From Phycisphaeraceae bacterium (lineage in GTDB: Bacteria; Planctomycetota; Phycisphaerae; Phycisphaerales; Zrk34), in assembly GCA_040905565.1 (NCBI GenBank), contig JBBDRF010000092.1:64001-128000 (forward strand): a DNA stretch of 64,000 nucleotides, read 5' to 3'. Numbering within the stretch: the stretch's first letter is position 1; every line of letters begins with the position of its first letter. Below are positions 28,619 to 38,759 of the stretch, piece by piece. The position numbers were made by a program, and so were the translations under genes. The notes under the pieces were generated by a model, which worked only from the letters and a program-made list of their open reading frames with translations, had not been told where the DNA came from and did no database searches.

Positions 28619-30153
28619 GCGGCAGGCAAGGATCAAAAGACGGAGCGGTTGTCGTCGTCGGCGACGTGGAACTCGCAGCACGCCTGCGCCAGGCGCTCGG
28701 GGTGCCGAGTGATGATGAGCAAGCCGTCCGCAGTGTCAAACATTACCTGGCGGTACTCGGCGAGATGTCGCAGACCCGGGTCGATGTGGTAGTGGGGAGG
28801 CTGGGCGTGCTACGCAGCTCGCTTGAGGGCACGATCCGCGCCATCCGTGCGATGTCGCCCAAGGCGAAGCTGCTGCTTGTCGCTGAGGCGGAGCAGGAGC
28901 CCGAAGCTATGCGGGCGGTGCGGCTGGGGTTCGATGATTACCATGTCGAACCGCTGATGCTCGAAGCGATCGTTAAACAGATCAGAAGCAGCCGGGTGGG
29001 CGATCGCACGCAGGTTCCTAAAACGACGGCGGTCGGCGTAGGCGTTGATGCAGCCACGAACAACGGGGCCGCGGCCGGCAGCGAGATCGGCAGCAGCACC
29101 TCAGCGGACGCAAGTGTGGCCACCGCTGGCGTCGGATCCTTCGATGATGATGAGCATGATGCGGACCCGCTGCTGCTCGATGAGCCGATGCGGATGATCA
29201 GCCCGCTCTCGACTGCTTCGACCAATGACGGGGGCAAGCTCGACTGGCTCGACACGACGGATGATCTGGTCGGCAGCGCCCTGGCAGGCGGCGGGGATGC
29301 GGACCTTGTCGAGCAGTTGCTCCGCGATCGGCGGGGGCTCAGGCGCGCGGCCATGTCGAAGCTGAGGCTGAGGCTGGAGGATCCGGAACTCACGTTCAGC
29401 CGTGAGCCGATGGTCGATGTCCACGCCTGCGTACCGGTTCAGGCCGCGTCGCAGGAGCTTGGCTATCTCGTCAGTGAACAGACCGACGCCAAGGTTCTCG
29501 CGGCACACGCAGCCTGGCTCGCCCGCTGGCTGATGCTCGGTCGGCACCTCGGGCAGCTCAACGAAATGGCGATGCGAGACAGCCTGACGCAGGTGTGGAA
29601 CCGTCGCTATTTCGAGCAGACCCTGCGTGTGCTGGTGGATCGGGCGCGGGCGGAGCGGTTCCGGGTGACGCTGATGATGTTCGATATCGACGACTTCAAG
29701 GATTACAACGACCAGTACGGTCACGGGGCGGGGGACGAGATTCTATGCGAAACCGCGAGGCTGATGCAGTCGGTTGTGCGTCGGCAGGATGTGGTGGCGC
29801 GGATCGGTGGCGATGAGTTCGCGGTGATCTTCTGGGACGCCGAGCCGCCGCGTGGTGGTGGTGGGGCCGAGGGCAAGAGCGATCATCCCGTGTCGGTACG
29901 TCGGGCGGCTGAGCGGTTCCAGAAGGCCGTCTGCGAACATCGGTTCCCGAAACTCGCGGAGCAGGCCCCGGCGACGCTGACGATCTCGGGCGGTCTGGCG
30001 AGTTTTCCGTGGGACGGCCGCACGCCTGAACAGCTTGTGAAGCTTGCCGACGAGATGATGTTCGAATCCAAGGAGCAGGGCAAGAACGCCATTACGTTCG
30101 GGCCGGGTGCATTGCGGCTCTGCGGCCTCGAACTGCCGGGCGAGGCTGAGTAG
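28615..30153 (+). CDS. Diguanylate cyclase with degenerate N-terminal receiver domain
   Basis: DSLTQVWNRRYF, DIDDFKDYNDQYGH, RRQD I-site, intact GGDEF; N-terminal AMRAVRLGFDDY REC remnant. Confidence 0.93.
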   Translation: MSGRQGSKDGAVVVVGDVELAARLRQALGVPSDDEQAVRSVKHYLAVLGEMSQTRVDVVVGRLGVLRSSLEGTIRAIRAMSPKAKLLLVAEAEQEPEAMRAVRLGFDDYHVEPLMLEAIVKQIRSSRVGDRTQVPKTTAVGVGVDAATNNGAAAGSEIGSSTSADASVATAGVGSFDDDEHDADPLLLDEPMRMISPLSTASTNDGGKLDWLDTTDDLVGSALAGGGDADLVEQLLRDRRGLRRAAMSKLRLRLEDPELTFSREPMVDVHACVPVQAASQELGYLVSEQTDAKVLAAHAAWLARWLMLGRHLGQLNEMAMRDSLTQVWNRRYFEQTLRVLVDRARAERFRVTLMMFDIDDFKDYNDQYGHGAGDEILCETARLMQSVVRRQDVVARIGGDEFAVIFWDAEPPRGGGGAEGKSDHPVSVRRAAERFQKAVCEHRFPKLAEQAPATLTISGGLASFPWDGRTPEQLVKLADEMMFESKEQGKNAITFGPGALRLCGLELPGEAE

Positions 30154-30178
30154 AACGACCGGTCCCGCGTCTCCCCCC

Positions 30179-30203
30179 AATCAACAATCAGAAATCAACA
30201 ATC
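30179..30203 (+). repeat. Short heptamer tandem repeat
   Basis: AATCAAC-AATCAGA-AATCAAC-AATC next to a family A palindrome. Confidence 0.55.
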
Positions 30204-30210
30204 GGTAGAC

Positions 30211-30248
30211 GCCCGGCCGTCTCGCTTCGCTCGCTGGCCGGGGTACCC
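30211..30248 (+). repeat. REP-like palindromic repeat, family A
   Basis: GCCCGGCCGTCTCGCTTCGCTCGCTGGCCGGGGTACCC between convergent genes. Confidence 0.8.
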
Positions 30249-30272
30249 CCTGCTCACCACTCACAACACGCG

Positions 30273-31364
30273 TCAGGGATAGATCCAGCAGCCGGCTACC
30301 GGTGCGGTCAGCGGGCAGCCTGTGATCTGGGGCAGGGTGATCGGCACGCGGTCGGCACACAGGCCGCCGAGGATCGCCATGGCGATGGCTTCACGGTACT
30401 GGGCTGGCGCGCCCAGATCGTCCGAGAGGCAGACGGGGGCGTGGGCGTGGTCGGTGATCTCACGGCGGAGGGCCTGATTGTGCGTGCCGCCGCCGGCCAG
30501 CACGATCTGGTCGGTTTCCCCGACGGCGTTGGCGATCACCTGGCCGATGGTAAGGGCGGCAGTTCGGGCGAGATCGTGACCGGTGCATTCGTTGAAAAAG
30601 ACATCGACCCATTCGGTGAGTTCGTCGCCGTTGCCGAGTGAGCGACCGGCTTCCGCCTGCATCTTGAGGATCGCCAGCAGGGCACAGTGGGCGTCTTCGT
30701 CAGCTTCGCCTCGCATGGCACGTTTGCCGTCTTTGTCGTAGGGCTTGTGAAAACAGCGACGAGAGACGGTGTCGAGCAGCTGATTGCAGACGCAGATGTC
30801 GCCGCCCCGGATCGAACGCAATGCCTCTTCGCCTTCACGCCGCGAAGGCGGCAGCCAGGTGAAATTGGCGAAGCCGCCCAGGTTCACCACCGCCCGGGTG
30901 TGCTTGTCGTCACGGAAAAGAACGTGGTCGGCAAGCGGGGTGATCGGCGCCCCCTGTCCGCCTGCTGCGAGATCCGCACCGCGAAGATCAAAAACAACCG
31001 GCGCTCCAAGCTGACGCGCGATCGGGTGCGGGTTAAGCAGTTGCATGCTCAGCGGCGCTTCGTGAAACACCGTCTGACCATGCACGGCGACGAGGTCGAC
31101 CTTCTCGCCCTGCACCAGTTCGTTGAGCACCTCAGCATGAGCGGCGCCGAGCATCGACCCAAGTTTCGCGACCTGTTGCGATGTCTGTCGGCGTTGCCTC
31201 GCGAGCGGGCGCAGGAGCTTGCCGAGCGACCCGAGCGGCTTTGAGGCGCAACGGATGACCTCGACGTTCATATCGAGACCATGACCTTCGACGCGGATAA
31301 GCGCGGCATCAATGGCGTCGAGACTCGTGCCGGACATGCAACCTGCGATGAGGCGTGTGTTCAT
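30273..31364 (-). CDS. anmK: Anhydro-N-acetylmuramic acid kinase
   Basis: MSGTSLDAID, HGQTVFH, DLAAGGQGAP, NLGGFAN, GGGTHN, REAIAMA. Confidence 0.95.
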   Translation of the reverse strand: MNTRLIAGCMSGTSLDAIDAALIRVEGHGLDMNVEVIRCASKPLGSLGKLLRPLARQRRQTSQQVAKLGSMLGAAHAEVLNELVQGEKVDLVAVHGQTVFHEAPLSMQLLNPHPIARQLGAPVVFDLRGADLAAGGQGAPITPLADHVLFRDDKHTRAVVNLGGFANFTWLPPSRREGEEALRSIRGGDICVCNQLLDTVSRRCFHKPYDKDGKRAMRGEADEDAHCALLAILKMQAEAGRSLGNGDELTEWVDVFFNECTGHDLARTAALTIGQVIANAVGETDQIVLAGGGTHNQALRREITDHAHAPVCLSDDLGAPAQYREAIAMAILGGLCADRVPITLPQITGCPLTAPVAGCWIYP

Positions 31365-32986
31365 TTCCGCTGCACCTGTGCTGTTTCTATGTGTTCAAGA
31401 GAGTCGCGGGAACCTGCTGCTGATGCGACGGCTGCGGCGCCGTCGGCGGTTGGGGGAGCGATGGGGGCGGGGGTGTTGCCGAGGCAGCAGACGAGGAAAG
31501 CTGCCGTTGTGGCAATCGTCATCTGCCAAGGGAAGGCGAGATCTACCTCCGCGTTGAACCAGATCCATGGCTCAACCTGGAAGGTGAGGATGGCGAGGAA
31601 GCCGACTGCGAGGGCTGCGAGGACCGATGTTGTTGAGCCGCGGTTGGTCAGCAGCGCGGTGAGGAACACCGCAACCAACCCGGAGTAGGCGAACATCATG
31701 ATGCCCAGCGCGAAATCGATCAGCGGAATCTCGCTCGCATGCTGCCAGTATGCGCAGAGGATGGCGAACGCGCCGAGCGCCACGCCCCAGAAGACGATGC
31801 CCATTCGCCCCATCAACAGGTAATGTGCTTCGGAGCGGTCGGGCTTATAGGTGCGGTAGAAATCGTTGATCAACGTCGACGACATCGCGTTCAGCTCAGA
31901 GTTCAGCGACGAAAGGGCGGCGGCGAAAAGTCCCGCCATCATCAACCCGGCGATGCCTGCGGGGATGTGGTGGACGATGAAGTCGAGAAAAACCTCACGG
32001 CCGTCCTCCGGGGCGGCAACATCACCCTGCTGATAGAAGACAAACAGCAGCAGCCCGACGATGAGGAACAGGAACGCGACGGGGACCGTCATGAAGATGC
32101 CCGCAAGGGCGGAGCGTGCGCCTTGGGCAGCGTTGCGGCAGGTGAGCATCCGCTGGGTGAGATCCTGATCCGTGCCGTACGCACCGATGCCGATGAGCGT
32201 GAAGCCGAACACGGCTGCGAGCAGCGTGTACGGCTGCGAGAAATCCAGCGAAAAGGAGATGAGCGTCAGTTTTGATTCGCCGGTGCCTGCGGTCGTCTCC
32301 GCCAGCGTGGTCCATATCTCGGGGATTCCTGCGGGGATGAGATAGAGCAGCAGGAAGATTGAGAAAACGGCGGCGGAGATAAAGACGAATGACTGGATGA
32401 CATCCGCCCAGACGACGGCTTCGATGCCGCCTGCGAAGGTGTAGACGATGCCGACCAGTGTGACGGCGAGGATGGCAAGGGTGACGTAGCCGGGCGCGGT
32501 TTCGTTGAAGAAGAGGAAGGCGGCGGCGAGGGCGCCGATGTAGAGCCGAGCGCCGGAGGCGAAGACGCGGCCGACCATGAACATGGCTGAGGCGGTGCGT
32601 TTGGCGGAGGGGCCGAAGCGGATCTCGAGGAAACTATAGACCGTCGCGACGTTGTGCTTATAGAAGACGGGGATGAAGACGAGGGCGACGATGACGGCGG
32701 CGAGCATGGTGCCGATGAACGATGAGAGGTAGGCGAGGTTGCCGCCGTACGCGATGCCGGGCGCGCCGACGAAGGTGGTGGCGGAGATGGAGGTCGCCAT
32801 GACCGAGAACGCAGCGGCCCATGCGGGGATGCGTCGGCCGGCGAGGAAGTAGTCGGTCGTGTCATGCTGCTCGCGGCGCGATAGCCACCAACTGGTCGCG
32901 ATCAGCAGCAGAAGGTAGCTGCTGAGTACGAGCCAATCGAGAGGGACAAACGCTGCGAGCATCAAAGGGGCCATCTCCAGAATCAT
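31361..32986 (-). CDS. Sodium:solute symporter (SSS family)
   Basis: DYFLAGR, GGIEAVVWADVIQ, GTDQDLTQRML, AALSSLNSELN; about 13 TM helices; ATGA overlap with anmK. Confidence 0.93.
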   Translation of the reverse strand: MILEMAPLMLAAFVPLDWLVLSSYLLLLIATSWWLSRREQHDTTDYFLAGRRIPAWAAAFSVMATSISATTFVGAPGIAYGGNLAYLSSFIGTMLAAVIVALVFIPVFYKHNVATVYSFLEIRFGPSAKRTASAMFMVGRVFASGARLYIGALAAAFLFFNETAPGYVTLAILAVTLVGIVYTFAGGIEAVVWADVIQSFVFISAAVFSIFLLLYLIPAGIPEIWTTLAETTAGTGESKLTLISFSLDFSQPYTLLAAVFGFTLIGIGAYGTDQDLTQRMLTCRNAAQGARSALAGIFMTVPVAFLFLIVGLLLFVFYQQGDVAAPEDGREVFLDFIVHHIPAGIAGLMMAGLFAAALSSLNSELNAMSSTLINDFYRTYKPDRSEAHYLLMGRMGIVFWGVALGAFAILCAYWQHASEIPLIDFALGIMMFAYSGLVAVFLTALLTNRGSTTSVLAALAVGFLAILTFQVEPWIWFNAEVDLAFPWQMTIATTAAFLVCCLGNTPAPIAPPTADGAAAVASAAGSRDSLEHIETAQVQRK

Positions 32987-33416
32987 CGGCGAAAAGGGGC
33001 TGGGGTGAGGAAATTTCGCCTTAGGTGTTGTCGTATGGATACCGCTGCGGCGGCGAGGGTGCAACTGATTTATCGCGGGATTCTCTTGCCTGAAGCGTCA
33101 AACGCGACGGTGACACGGTCTGACGACGCACACACGTTGAATGAGTTACAGCCGCGGCGAGGCGGCACTCAGCCGAGGGGCGTGTGGCGGCAAAACGCGG
33201 CACCATACCGGCCGCAAATAGTGCTGTGAGAGCAAGAGCTTTCTATTCTCGCAAAGCTGCAGCCCGACGGGCCGCGCGAGGGCGGGGCGCACCGGATGTG
33301 GTGAGAATGGTAAGTCTCGTGGGACAACACCCAAAAGCATGGGCGTCGAAGGTTCGCGTCGACGGTGAAAAAAGTGAAAATTTTTTCGGTCCTCGACCAT
33401 TCAGCCGGGCGGCTGG

Positions 33417-33839
33417 TCACTCTTCGTCGGCAGCGCTCTGCACCAGTTCGTGACCGGCATCCTGCCACAGCTGCGTCCCGCCGCGGAAGTCGGCGACGTT
33501 GGCGTAGCCGACTGCCGTGAAACGCTTCGCCGCGGCGGAGGAGAGCGGGTCGGTCCAGCCACCGGCATAGACGATGATCTGCTGCGCCTGCGCCAACTGT
33601 GGATCGCGTGGGCGGATGTCGGGCAACGGGATGTTGATGGCCGACGGCAGGTGCCCTGCGGCATAGCGGTCGGCGGTGCGAACATCGACCAGCACGGTCT
33701 GCGGCTCTTCCATCGCTTGAAGCACGTAGCTCTCGCCGACGGACCTGAGGTTTCGGTCGGAGGTCTTCACGTCGTCGCAGCCGACGCCGAGCGTCATCGT
33801 CATCATCAGCAGGGTGCAGGCGAGGGTGGTAGGCAGCAT
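33417..33839 (-). CDS. Rhodanese-like domain lipoprotein (active-site Cys absent)
   Basis: Lipobox GVG|C; LVDVR...YAAGHLPSAINIP; IIVYA replaces the usual VVYC; GGTQLW. Confidence 0.85.
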   Translation of the reverse strand: MLPTTLACTLLMMTMTLGVGCDDVKTSDRNLRSVGESYVLQAMEEPQTVLVDVRTADRYAAGHLPSAINIPLPDIRPRDPQLAQAQQIIVYAGGWTDPLSSAAAKRFTAVGYANVADFRGGTQLWQDAGHELVQSAADEE

Positions 33840-34002
33840 GTTCACGGTCGACTCCAGTCGCGGCAGCGGATGTAGGTAGTGCGGGTTCCTATTGATTCTG
33901 CCACAGAGCGGGATCGCGTGCCAGTGCCGTCTGGTGATGCGGTGGTTCGGAGCCTGCGAATGCGGTATTATTTGCGGTTTCGCCCTTTGCGAGGAATGAG
34001 AG

Positions 34003-34500
34003 ATGGCTGGAGCCGAAGCGTCGCCCGTGGTCGGTGTGATCATGGGCAGCAAATCAGATTGGCCGACGATGAAGCATGCTGCGGACGTGCTTGAGGAGTT
34101 CGGCGTCGCGCACGAAGCGAAGGTTGTCTCAGCCCATCGCACGCCTGAGTGGATGGCGCGGTACGCCGCCGAGGCGGAGGAGCGGGGGCTGAAAATCATC
34201 ATTGCCGGTGCGGGCGGAGCGGCTCATCTGCCGGGCATGGTGGCGGCGCAGACGGTGCTGCCGGTGCTGGGGGTGCCGATCCAGAGCCGGGCGCTCTCGG
34301 GCTGGGATTCGCTGTTGAGCATCGTGCAGATGCCCGCCGGGGTGCCGGTGGCGACGTTGGCGATCGGTGACGCCGGGGCGAAGAACGCCGCGCTGCTGGC
34401 TGTCAGCATTCTGGGGCTGGAGCAGCCGGGTCTGCTGAAAAAGCTGCACGCATATCGTGAGCAACACGCTGAAGCTGTGATGCAGGAGCCGCTATCGTGA
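34003..34500 (+). CDS. purE: N5-carboxyaminoimidazole ribonucleotide mutase
   Basis: [30 protein letters not shown]. Confidence 0.98.
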   Translation: MAGAEASPVVGVIMGSKSDWPTMKHAADVLEEFGVAHEAKVVSAHRTPEWMARYAAEAEERGLKIIIAGAGGAAHLPGMVAAQTVLPVLGVPIQSRALSGWDSLLSIVQMPAGVPVATLAIGDAGAKNAALLAVSILGLEQPGLLKKLHAYREQHAEAVMQEPLS

Positions 34501-35630
34501 GTGATCCCATCACGCCTGGTTCGATTGTGGGAGTGCTCGGCGGTGGCCAGCTCGGTCGCATGTTCGCCATTGCCGCCCGTCGCATGGGCTATGGTGTCCA
34601 CGTGTTCAGCCCGGATACCGACACGCCGACCGGCCACGTGGCCGACCTTGAGATCAAAGCCGATTACGACGACCTTGATGCCGTGGCGGCTTTCGCCAAA
34701 GGCGTCTCGGTGGTCTCGTTTGAATTCGAGAACGTGCCAGCCGCGACGGCTCAAGCAGCGGCCCGCCATGCGCCGCTTCGACCGGAAGGGCACGTGCTGC
34801 ACACGACGCAGAACCGGGTGCGGGAGAAGAATTTTCTGCGGTCGGCGGGGTTGCCCGTGGCACCGTTCGCTGCAGTGCGACATGCCGGTGAGGTGCGGGC
34901 GGCCCTGCGTGAGATCGGGACGCCGGCCGTGCTGAAGACCGCGTCGTGGGGATACGACGGCAAAGGCCAGATCGTTATCGCCAACGAAAGCGAGGCAGCC
35001 TCGGCGTGGGACGCGCTGGGGACAGACGAAGCGGTCGTCGAAGCGTTCATCGATTTCGATTGCGAACTCAGCGTCGTCGCGGCCCGCGGGGTTGATGGCG
35101 AAGTCGTCTGCTATGCCCCCTCTGTTAACACGCATCGCAATCACATTCTCGATCTCAGCGTCAGTCCCGCGCCTGTCCCGGCGGAGACGGCGGCCGATGC
35201 GGTGGAAATCGCCCGGACCGTGCTCGAGAAGCTCGGCGTGGTCGGCGTGATGTGCATCGAGTTCTTCCTCACCCGCAACGGCCGATTGATGATCAACGAA
35301 CTGGCCCCGCGGCCTCACAACTCCGGGCATCTAACGATTGACGCTCATGTCACCTGCCAGTTCGAGCAGCAGCTTCGGGCGATCTGCGGCCTGCCGCTCG
35401 GATCGGTCCGCCCGCACGGCCCGGCGGCCATGGCGAACCTGCTCGGCGACCTGTGGCTTGAGGGGGAAATGAACTGGCGACGCGTCGCGGCAATGGACGA
35501 CGTCAAAATTCACCTCTACGGTAAGAGAGAGGCCCGGCGCGGTCGGAAGATGGGCCACCTTACCGTCTTAGCTGACACCGCCGAGGCCGCCGCGACGCGG
35601 GTGCTTGAAGCCCGTGCCGCGCTGCACTGA
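34497..35630 (+). CDS. purK: N5-carboxyaminoimidazole ribonucleotide synthase
   Basis: [37 protein letters not shown]. Confidence 0.98.
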   Translation: MSDPITPGSIVGVLGGGQLGRMFAIAARRMGYGVHVFSPDTDTPTGHVADLEIKADYDDLDAVAAFAKGVSVVSFEFENVPAATAQAAARHAPLRPEGHVLHTTQNRVREKNFLRSAGLPVAPFAAVRHAGEVRAALREIGTPAVLKTASWGYDGKGQIVIANESEAASAWDALGTDEAVVEAFIDFDCELSVVAARGVDGEVVCYAPSVNTHRNHILDLSVSPAPVPAETAADAVEIARTVLEKLGVVGVMCIEFFLTRNGRLMINELAPRPHNSGHLTIDAHVTCQFEQQLRAICGLPLGSVRPHGPAAMANLLGDLWLEGEMNWRRVAAMDDVKIHLYGKREARRGRKMGHLTVLADTAEAAATRVLEARAALH

Positions 35631-35666
35631 GACGGCTGGAACCTCAATCTGGGCGGGTGGATCGTC

Positions 35667-36221
35667 ATGCTTATGCTTGATGCGTACAACGTGTTGCACT
35701 GTTCGTACGTTCTGCCCGACCGGTACGCGATGGTCGACCCGGCGGGGCTGTGCGAGATGATTCGCAGCAGCGGGCTCAGCGCACGCGGGGGGAACGGTGG
35801 GGCGGTCGTCGTCTGCGACGGTGCTCCCAAGCCTCACGAACGATCGGACGACGGGGGCGGGGGCGTCGATCTCGTTTACGCTGGACCGGGGCGAGATGCC
35901 GACACGCTGCTGGAGCAGATGATCGCGCGCGATACGGCTCCGAGACAATTGATCGTCGTCTCGAATGATCGGCGCATCCGCCGGGCTGCCCGCCGACGGC
36001 GGGCGGGGGTGCTGGACAGCCAGGTGTTCCTGAGGCGGCTCGCGGGCAGCATGCGAGGCAGTCGACGCTTCGCGATGCCGGAGAAACCGACGCCCTCCGA
36101 GACGAATGCCTGGCTGAAGGAATTCGGCTACGACGCGGAAGTTCCCGACAAAGCCGAGCCGGATGACGACACGCAGACCCGGCACTGGATGCGTGAGTTC
36201 GGTTTCGACGACGAACCATAA
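35667..36221 (+). CDS. NYN/YacP-like PIN-fold nuclease domain protein
   Basis: LDAYNVLH, VVCDG, DADTLLE, VVSNDRRI. Confidence 0.85.
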   Translation: MLMLDAYNVLHCSYVLPDRYAMVDPAGLCEMIRSSGLSARGGNGGAVVVCDGAPKPHERSDDGGGGVDLVYAGPGRDADTLLEQMIARDTAPRQLIVVSNDRRIRRAARRRRAGVLDSQVFLRRLAGSMRGSRRFAMPEKPTPSETNAWLKEFGYDAEVPDKAEPDDDTQTRHWMREFGFDDEP

Positions 36222-36251
36222 AAAAAGCCCACGGCGCGATGCCGTGGGCTT
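36220..36251 (-). terminator. Intrinsic terminator (possibly bidirectional)
   Basis: 11-bp stem AAGCCCACGGC/GCCGTGGGCTT with an A-run on the plus side (U-tract on the minus strand), between convergent genes. Confidence 0.8.
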
Positions 36252-36274
36252 CGTAATGGTCATCGAGTTTGTGA

Positions 36275-37642
36275 TCAGGCGCTGGCGAAGCCTGGCACTT
36301 CCCAGCCGGCCCGGTAGGAGCGGCGGAGGTAGTGGTCGGCTTCGGGGTTGTAGGGGAAACGCAACGCCGTCGCGTCCCACGTCAGATCAACATCGGGAAC
36401 GCGGATGGCGACGGTGCCCAGCAGGACGGTCTCGCTCATCGGGCCGGAGATGCTGAAGTCGCTGCGGCTTGTTTCACCGGCTCGAATGGCATCCACGAAA
36501 TCGTGATAGTGGTGCCCGGCGGGAAGTTCAGGCCGGGGCTGCTCACGGAACTGCTCGCGGGGGAGCAGCATCGGCGCGCCGCCGTTGGGCAGAAGCAGAG
36601 CACCTTCGGTGCCGAGCCACAGCGCGGATTCGGGCGGATAGTTCTCGCTGGGGGCCATCGCGAGAACCTCCTCGGGCGGATAAAAATGGCCATCGTACCA
36701 GTCCATTTCGATGTCGCCGTCGGTCAGTTCATTGCCCGGGAAGGTCCAGACGATGTGGTCGCTCTGGGGCCAGGTATCACGGCGGCGATCGGGTGAACGT
36801 TGCCAGGATTCCTGAACGCGTGCGGTCACCTTCGAAGGCGCGCGAAGGCCGAGCGAAACCCACGGGGCGTGCATGAGGTGGCAGCCGATATCGCCGGACC
36901 AGCCCGTGCCGAAATCTTGCCAGGCGCGCCACTTCATCGAGTGGTAGATGCCGTTGTTGAAGTGGCGTTCAGGCGCGGTGCCGAGCCAGAGATCCCAGTT
37001 GAGGTTTTCGGGGATGGGGTCGGCCGTGGCGGGGCGGGGGCCCTCGAGGCGGTAGGCTTCGATGGCACCGGGACGGTTGGAACACAGCACGACGCGCTGA
37101 ATCTTGCCGATCACGCCTTCACGGATGTAGTGTTCGGCCATGCGGCTGCCGGTGGTCGAAGCGGCCTGGGTCCCGAGTTGCGTGTGGACGCCTGCGTCGG
37201 CCGCGGCCTGCGTGAGGGCGCGGACTTCAGCGACATCGTGACACATCGGCTTCTGGCAGTAGACGTGCTTGCCCTTGCGGATCAGCGCCATGGCGATGGG
37301 GAAGTGCATGTGATCGGGGACGGAGGCGTTGGCCATGTCGATCTTGTCGCCCTCGGCTTCGATCAGCTCGCGCCAGTCGTCATACTTGGTCGCTTCGGGG
37401 TGATCGTTGCCGGCCCCATCGAGGCGGCTGCGGTCGACATCGCAGAGGGCGGCGATGCGCACATGCTCATGGCCGGCAAAGTTCTGCCGATCGACGCCGC
37501 CCATGCCGCCGACGCCGATGACCGCGTGGTTGAGTTTGCTGTTCGGCGATGCGGCGCGAATCAGCGGCGAGGCCGCGCCCATGGCGAAAACGCCTGCGGT
37601 GGCTTTCACGAATGTCCGTCGACCGTACTTGTTGCGTAACAT
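36275..37642 (-). CDS. Tat-exported Gfo/Idh/MocA oxidoreductase
   Basis: GRRTFVK twin-arginine signal, IGVGGMG, HVYCQKPM, WDLWLGTAP, GDIGCH. Confidence 0.93.
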   Translation of the reverse strand: MLRNKYGRRTFVKATAGVFAMGAASPLIRAASPNSKLNHAVIGVGGMGGVDRQNFAGHEHVRIAALCDVDRSRLDGAGNDHPEATKYDDWRELIEAEGDKIDMANASVPDHMHFPIAMALIRKGKHVYCQKPMCHDVAEVRALTQAAADAGVHTQLGTQAASTTGSRMAEHYIREGVIGKIQRVVLCSNRPGAIEAYRLEGPRPATADPIPENLNWDLWLGTAPERHFNNGIYHSMKWRAWQDFGTGWSGDIGCHLMHAPWVSLGLRAPSKVTARVQESWQRSPDRRRDTWPQSDHIVWTFPGNELTDGDIEMDWYDGHFYPPEEVLAMAPSENYPPESALWLGTEGALLLPNGGAPMLLPREQFREQPRPELPAGHHYHDFVDAIRAGETSRSDFSISGPMSETVLLGTVAIRVPDVDLTWDATALRFPYNPEADHYLRRSYRAGWEVPGFASA

Positions 37643-37805
37643 AGGCTTGCTCCGATAAGGCTCTGATCTCATGCACCGGATGAGACCGGTTTAAACGTGC
37701 TGCGAGGCATTGTATACAATGGCCATGGTAACGTCACGTCGAACGGAGGGGAAGCATCAAAAAAGTTTTATGCAGATGCTTCTCCAGTGCCGCGGCCAGA
37801 TGGCG

Positions 37806-38132
37806 TCAGGCCGAGGCAGGCTCGATGGAGTCGTAGATCAGCACCTTGGTCCAGCAGTGCTTGAAATTGGCGACGAAAGCCTGGTGCACCGCGTCATCGT
37901 CCGACTGGTAACGCGCGTGGGCCTCGGCGTCGGGAAAAACCGCCAGCAGCTGCGCGCTGTAGCTATTGTCGACCACATCGCGTGGTGTCCCCGCAGGCAC
38001 GGCGACCCGGCAGCTTTCCATGTTCGCACTCTGCCCCAGCGACCGAATCCCCTGAAGCACCTTTTCGAACGCAGCACCTTCCTGGTGCTCGGGCTTCATC
38101 CAGAAATGAACGCAGTGGTAAAACTTCGACAT
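37806..38132 (-). CDS. Dabb family (stress-responsive alpha/beta barrel) protein
   Basis: HCVHFWMK, RDVVDNSY, YQ...HQAFV, KVLIYDS; AAGGAG RBS. Confidence 0.88.
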   Translation of the reverse strand: MSKFYHCVHFWMKPEHQEGAAFEKVLQGIRSLGQSANMESCRVAVPAGTPRDVVDNSYSAQLLAVFPDAEAHARYQSDDDAVHQAFVANFKHCWTKVLIYDSIEPASA

Positions 38133-38237
38133 GATCGACTCCTTGATTCGTTCTTGAGGGGGTTCGGCTCGCGCCTGATTCTGCACATCATCTCGACGCT
38201 GTCGACCCGGCCTATGCATCCTGCGGTGCCGGCGCGG

Positions 38238-38759
38238 TCAGGGCGACGGCGCATCGGGCGCGTTGTGTTGATCGCGACCTGAAGGCGCGGAGGCGCTGAG
38301 ATCCGTCACGCCTTCGGGCATCTCGGCGGCTACTTCCACCGGCGGCTGGGCGGCCCGAATCCGCTGGTAGAGTTCATCAAGAAAACGCCTCATTCGGCCC
38401 GGCGTGGCGATGGCCAGATAGGTGCGCCACGTGCCGTCGCGTTCGATCATGATGTGCGTCTTGCCGCAGATGAAAGACCAGGTAAGCATGGCGACGGCAG
38501 CCGCGACCAGACACCAGCCGATCGTCGATGCCACCGGCTCGTCCACCAGTTGGAGAAGCAGGCCCGGCGTCACAAGCAGGACCAGAACCAGCAGGATGCG
38601 CGCCACCGGGATCGTGCGATACACGACCACAGCACCGACGCGATCGTAGTAGGTCCGCCAGACTCGGTCGGACACGTAATCGTGTTCGATGTACATCAGG
38701 CAGTGCTCCTGCGTACGCAGGGTGCTGCGGTGCATCAGACTGTTGTAGCTTATTTTCAA
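38238..38759 (-). CDS. Hypothetical 2-TM membrane protein (MoxR cluster-associated)
   Basis: Two hydrophobic helices; 4-nt overlap with the upstream gene. Confidence 0.7.
   Translation of the reverse strand: MKISYNSLMHRSTLRTQEHCLMYIEHDYVSDRVWRTYYDRVGAVVVYRTIPVARILLVLVLLVTPGLLLQLVDEPVASTIGWCLVAAAVAMLTWSFICGKTHIMIERDGTWRTYLAIATPGRMRRFLDELYQRIRAAQPPVEVAAEMPEGVTDLSASAPSGRDQHNAPDAPSP

Noticed and set aside
32987..33416. Possible riboswitch or ncRNA in the 430-nt gap upstream of the SSS transporter
   Set aside because: No c-di-GMP, glmS or other aptamer consensus could be matched by eye; an Rfam cmscan would be needed.
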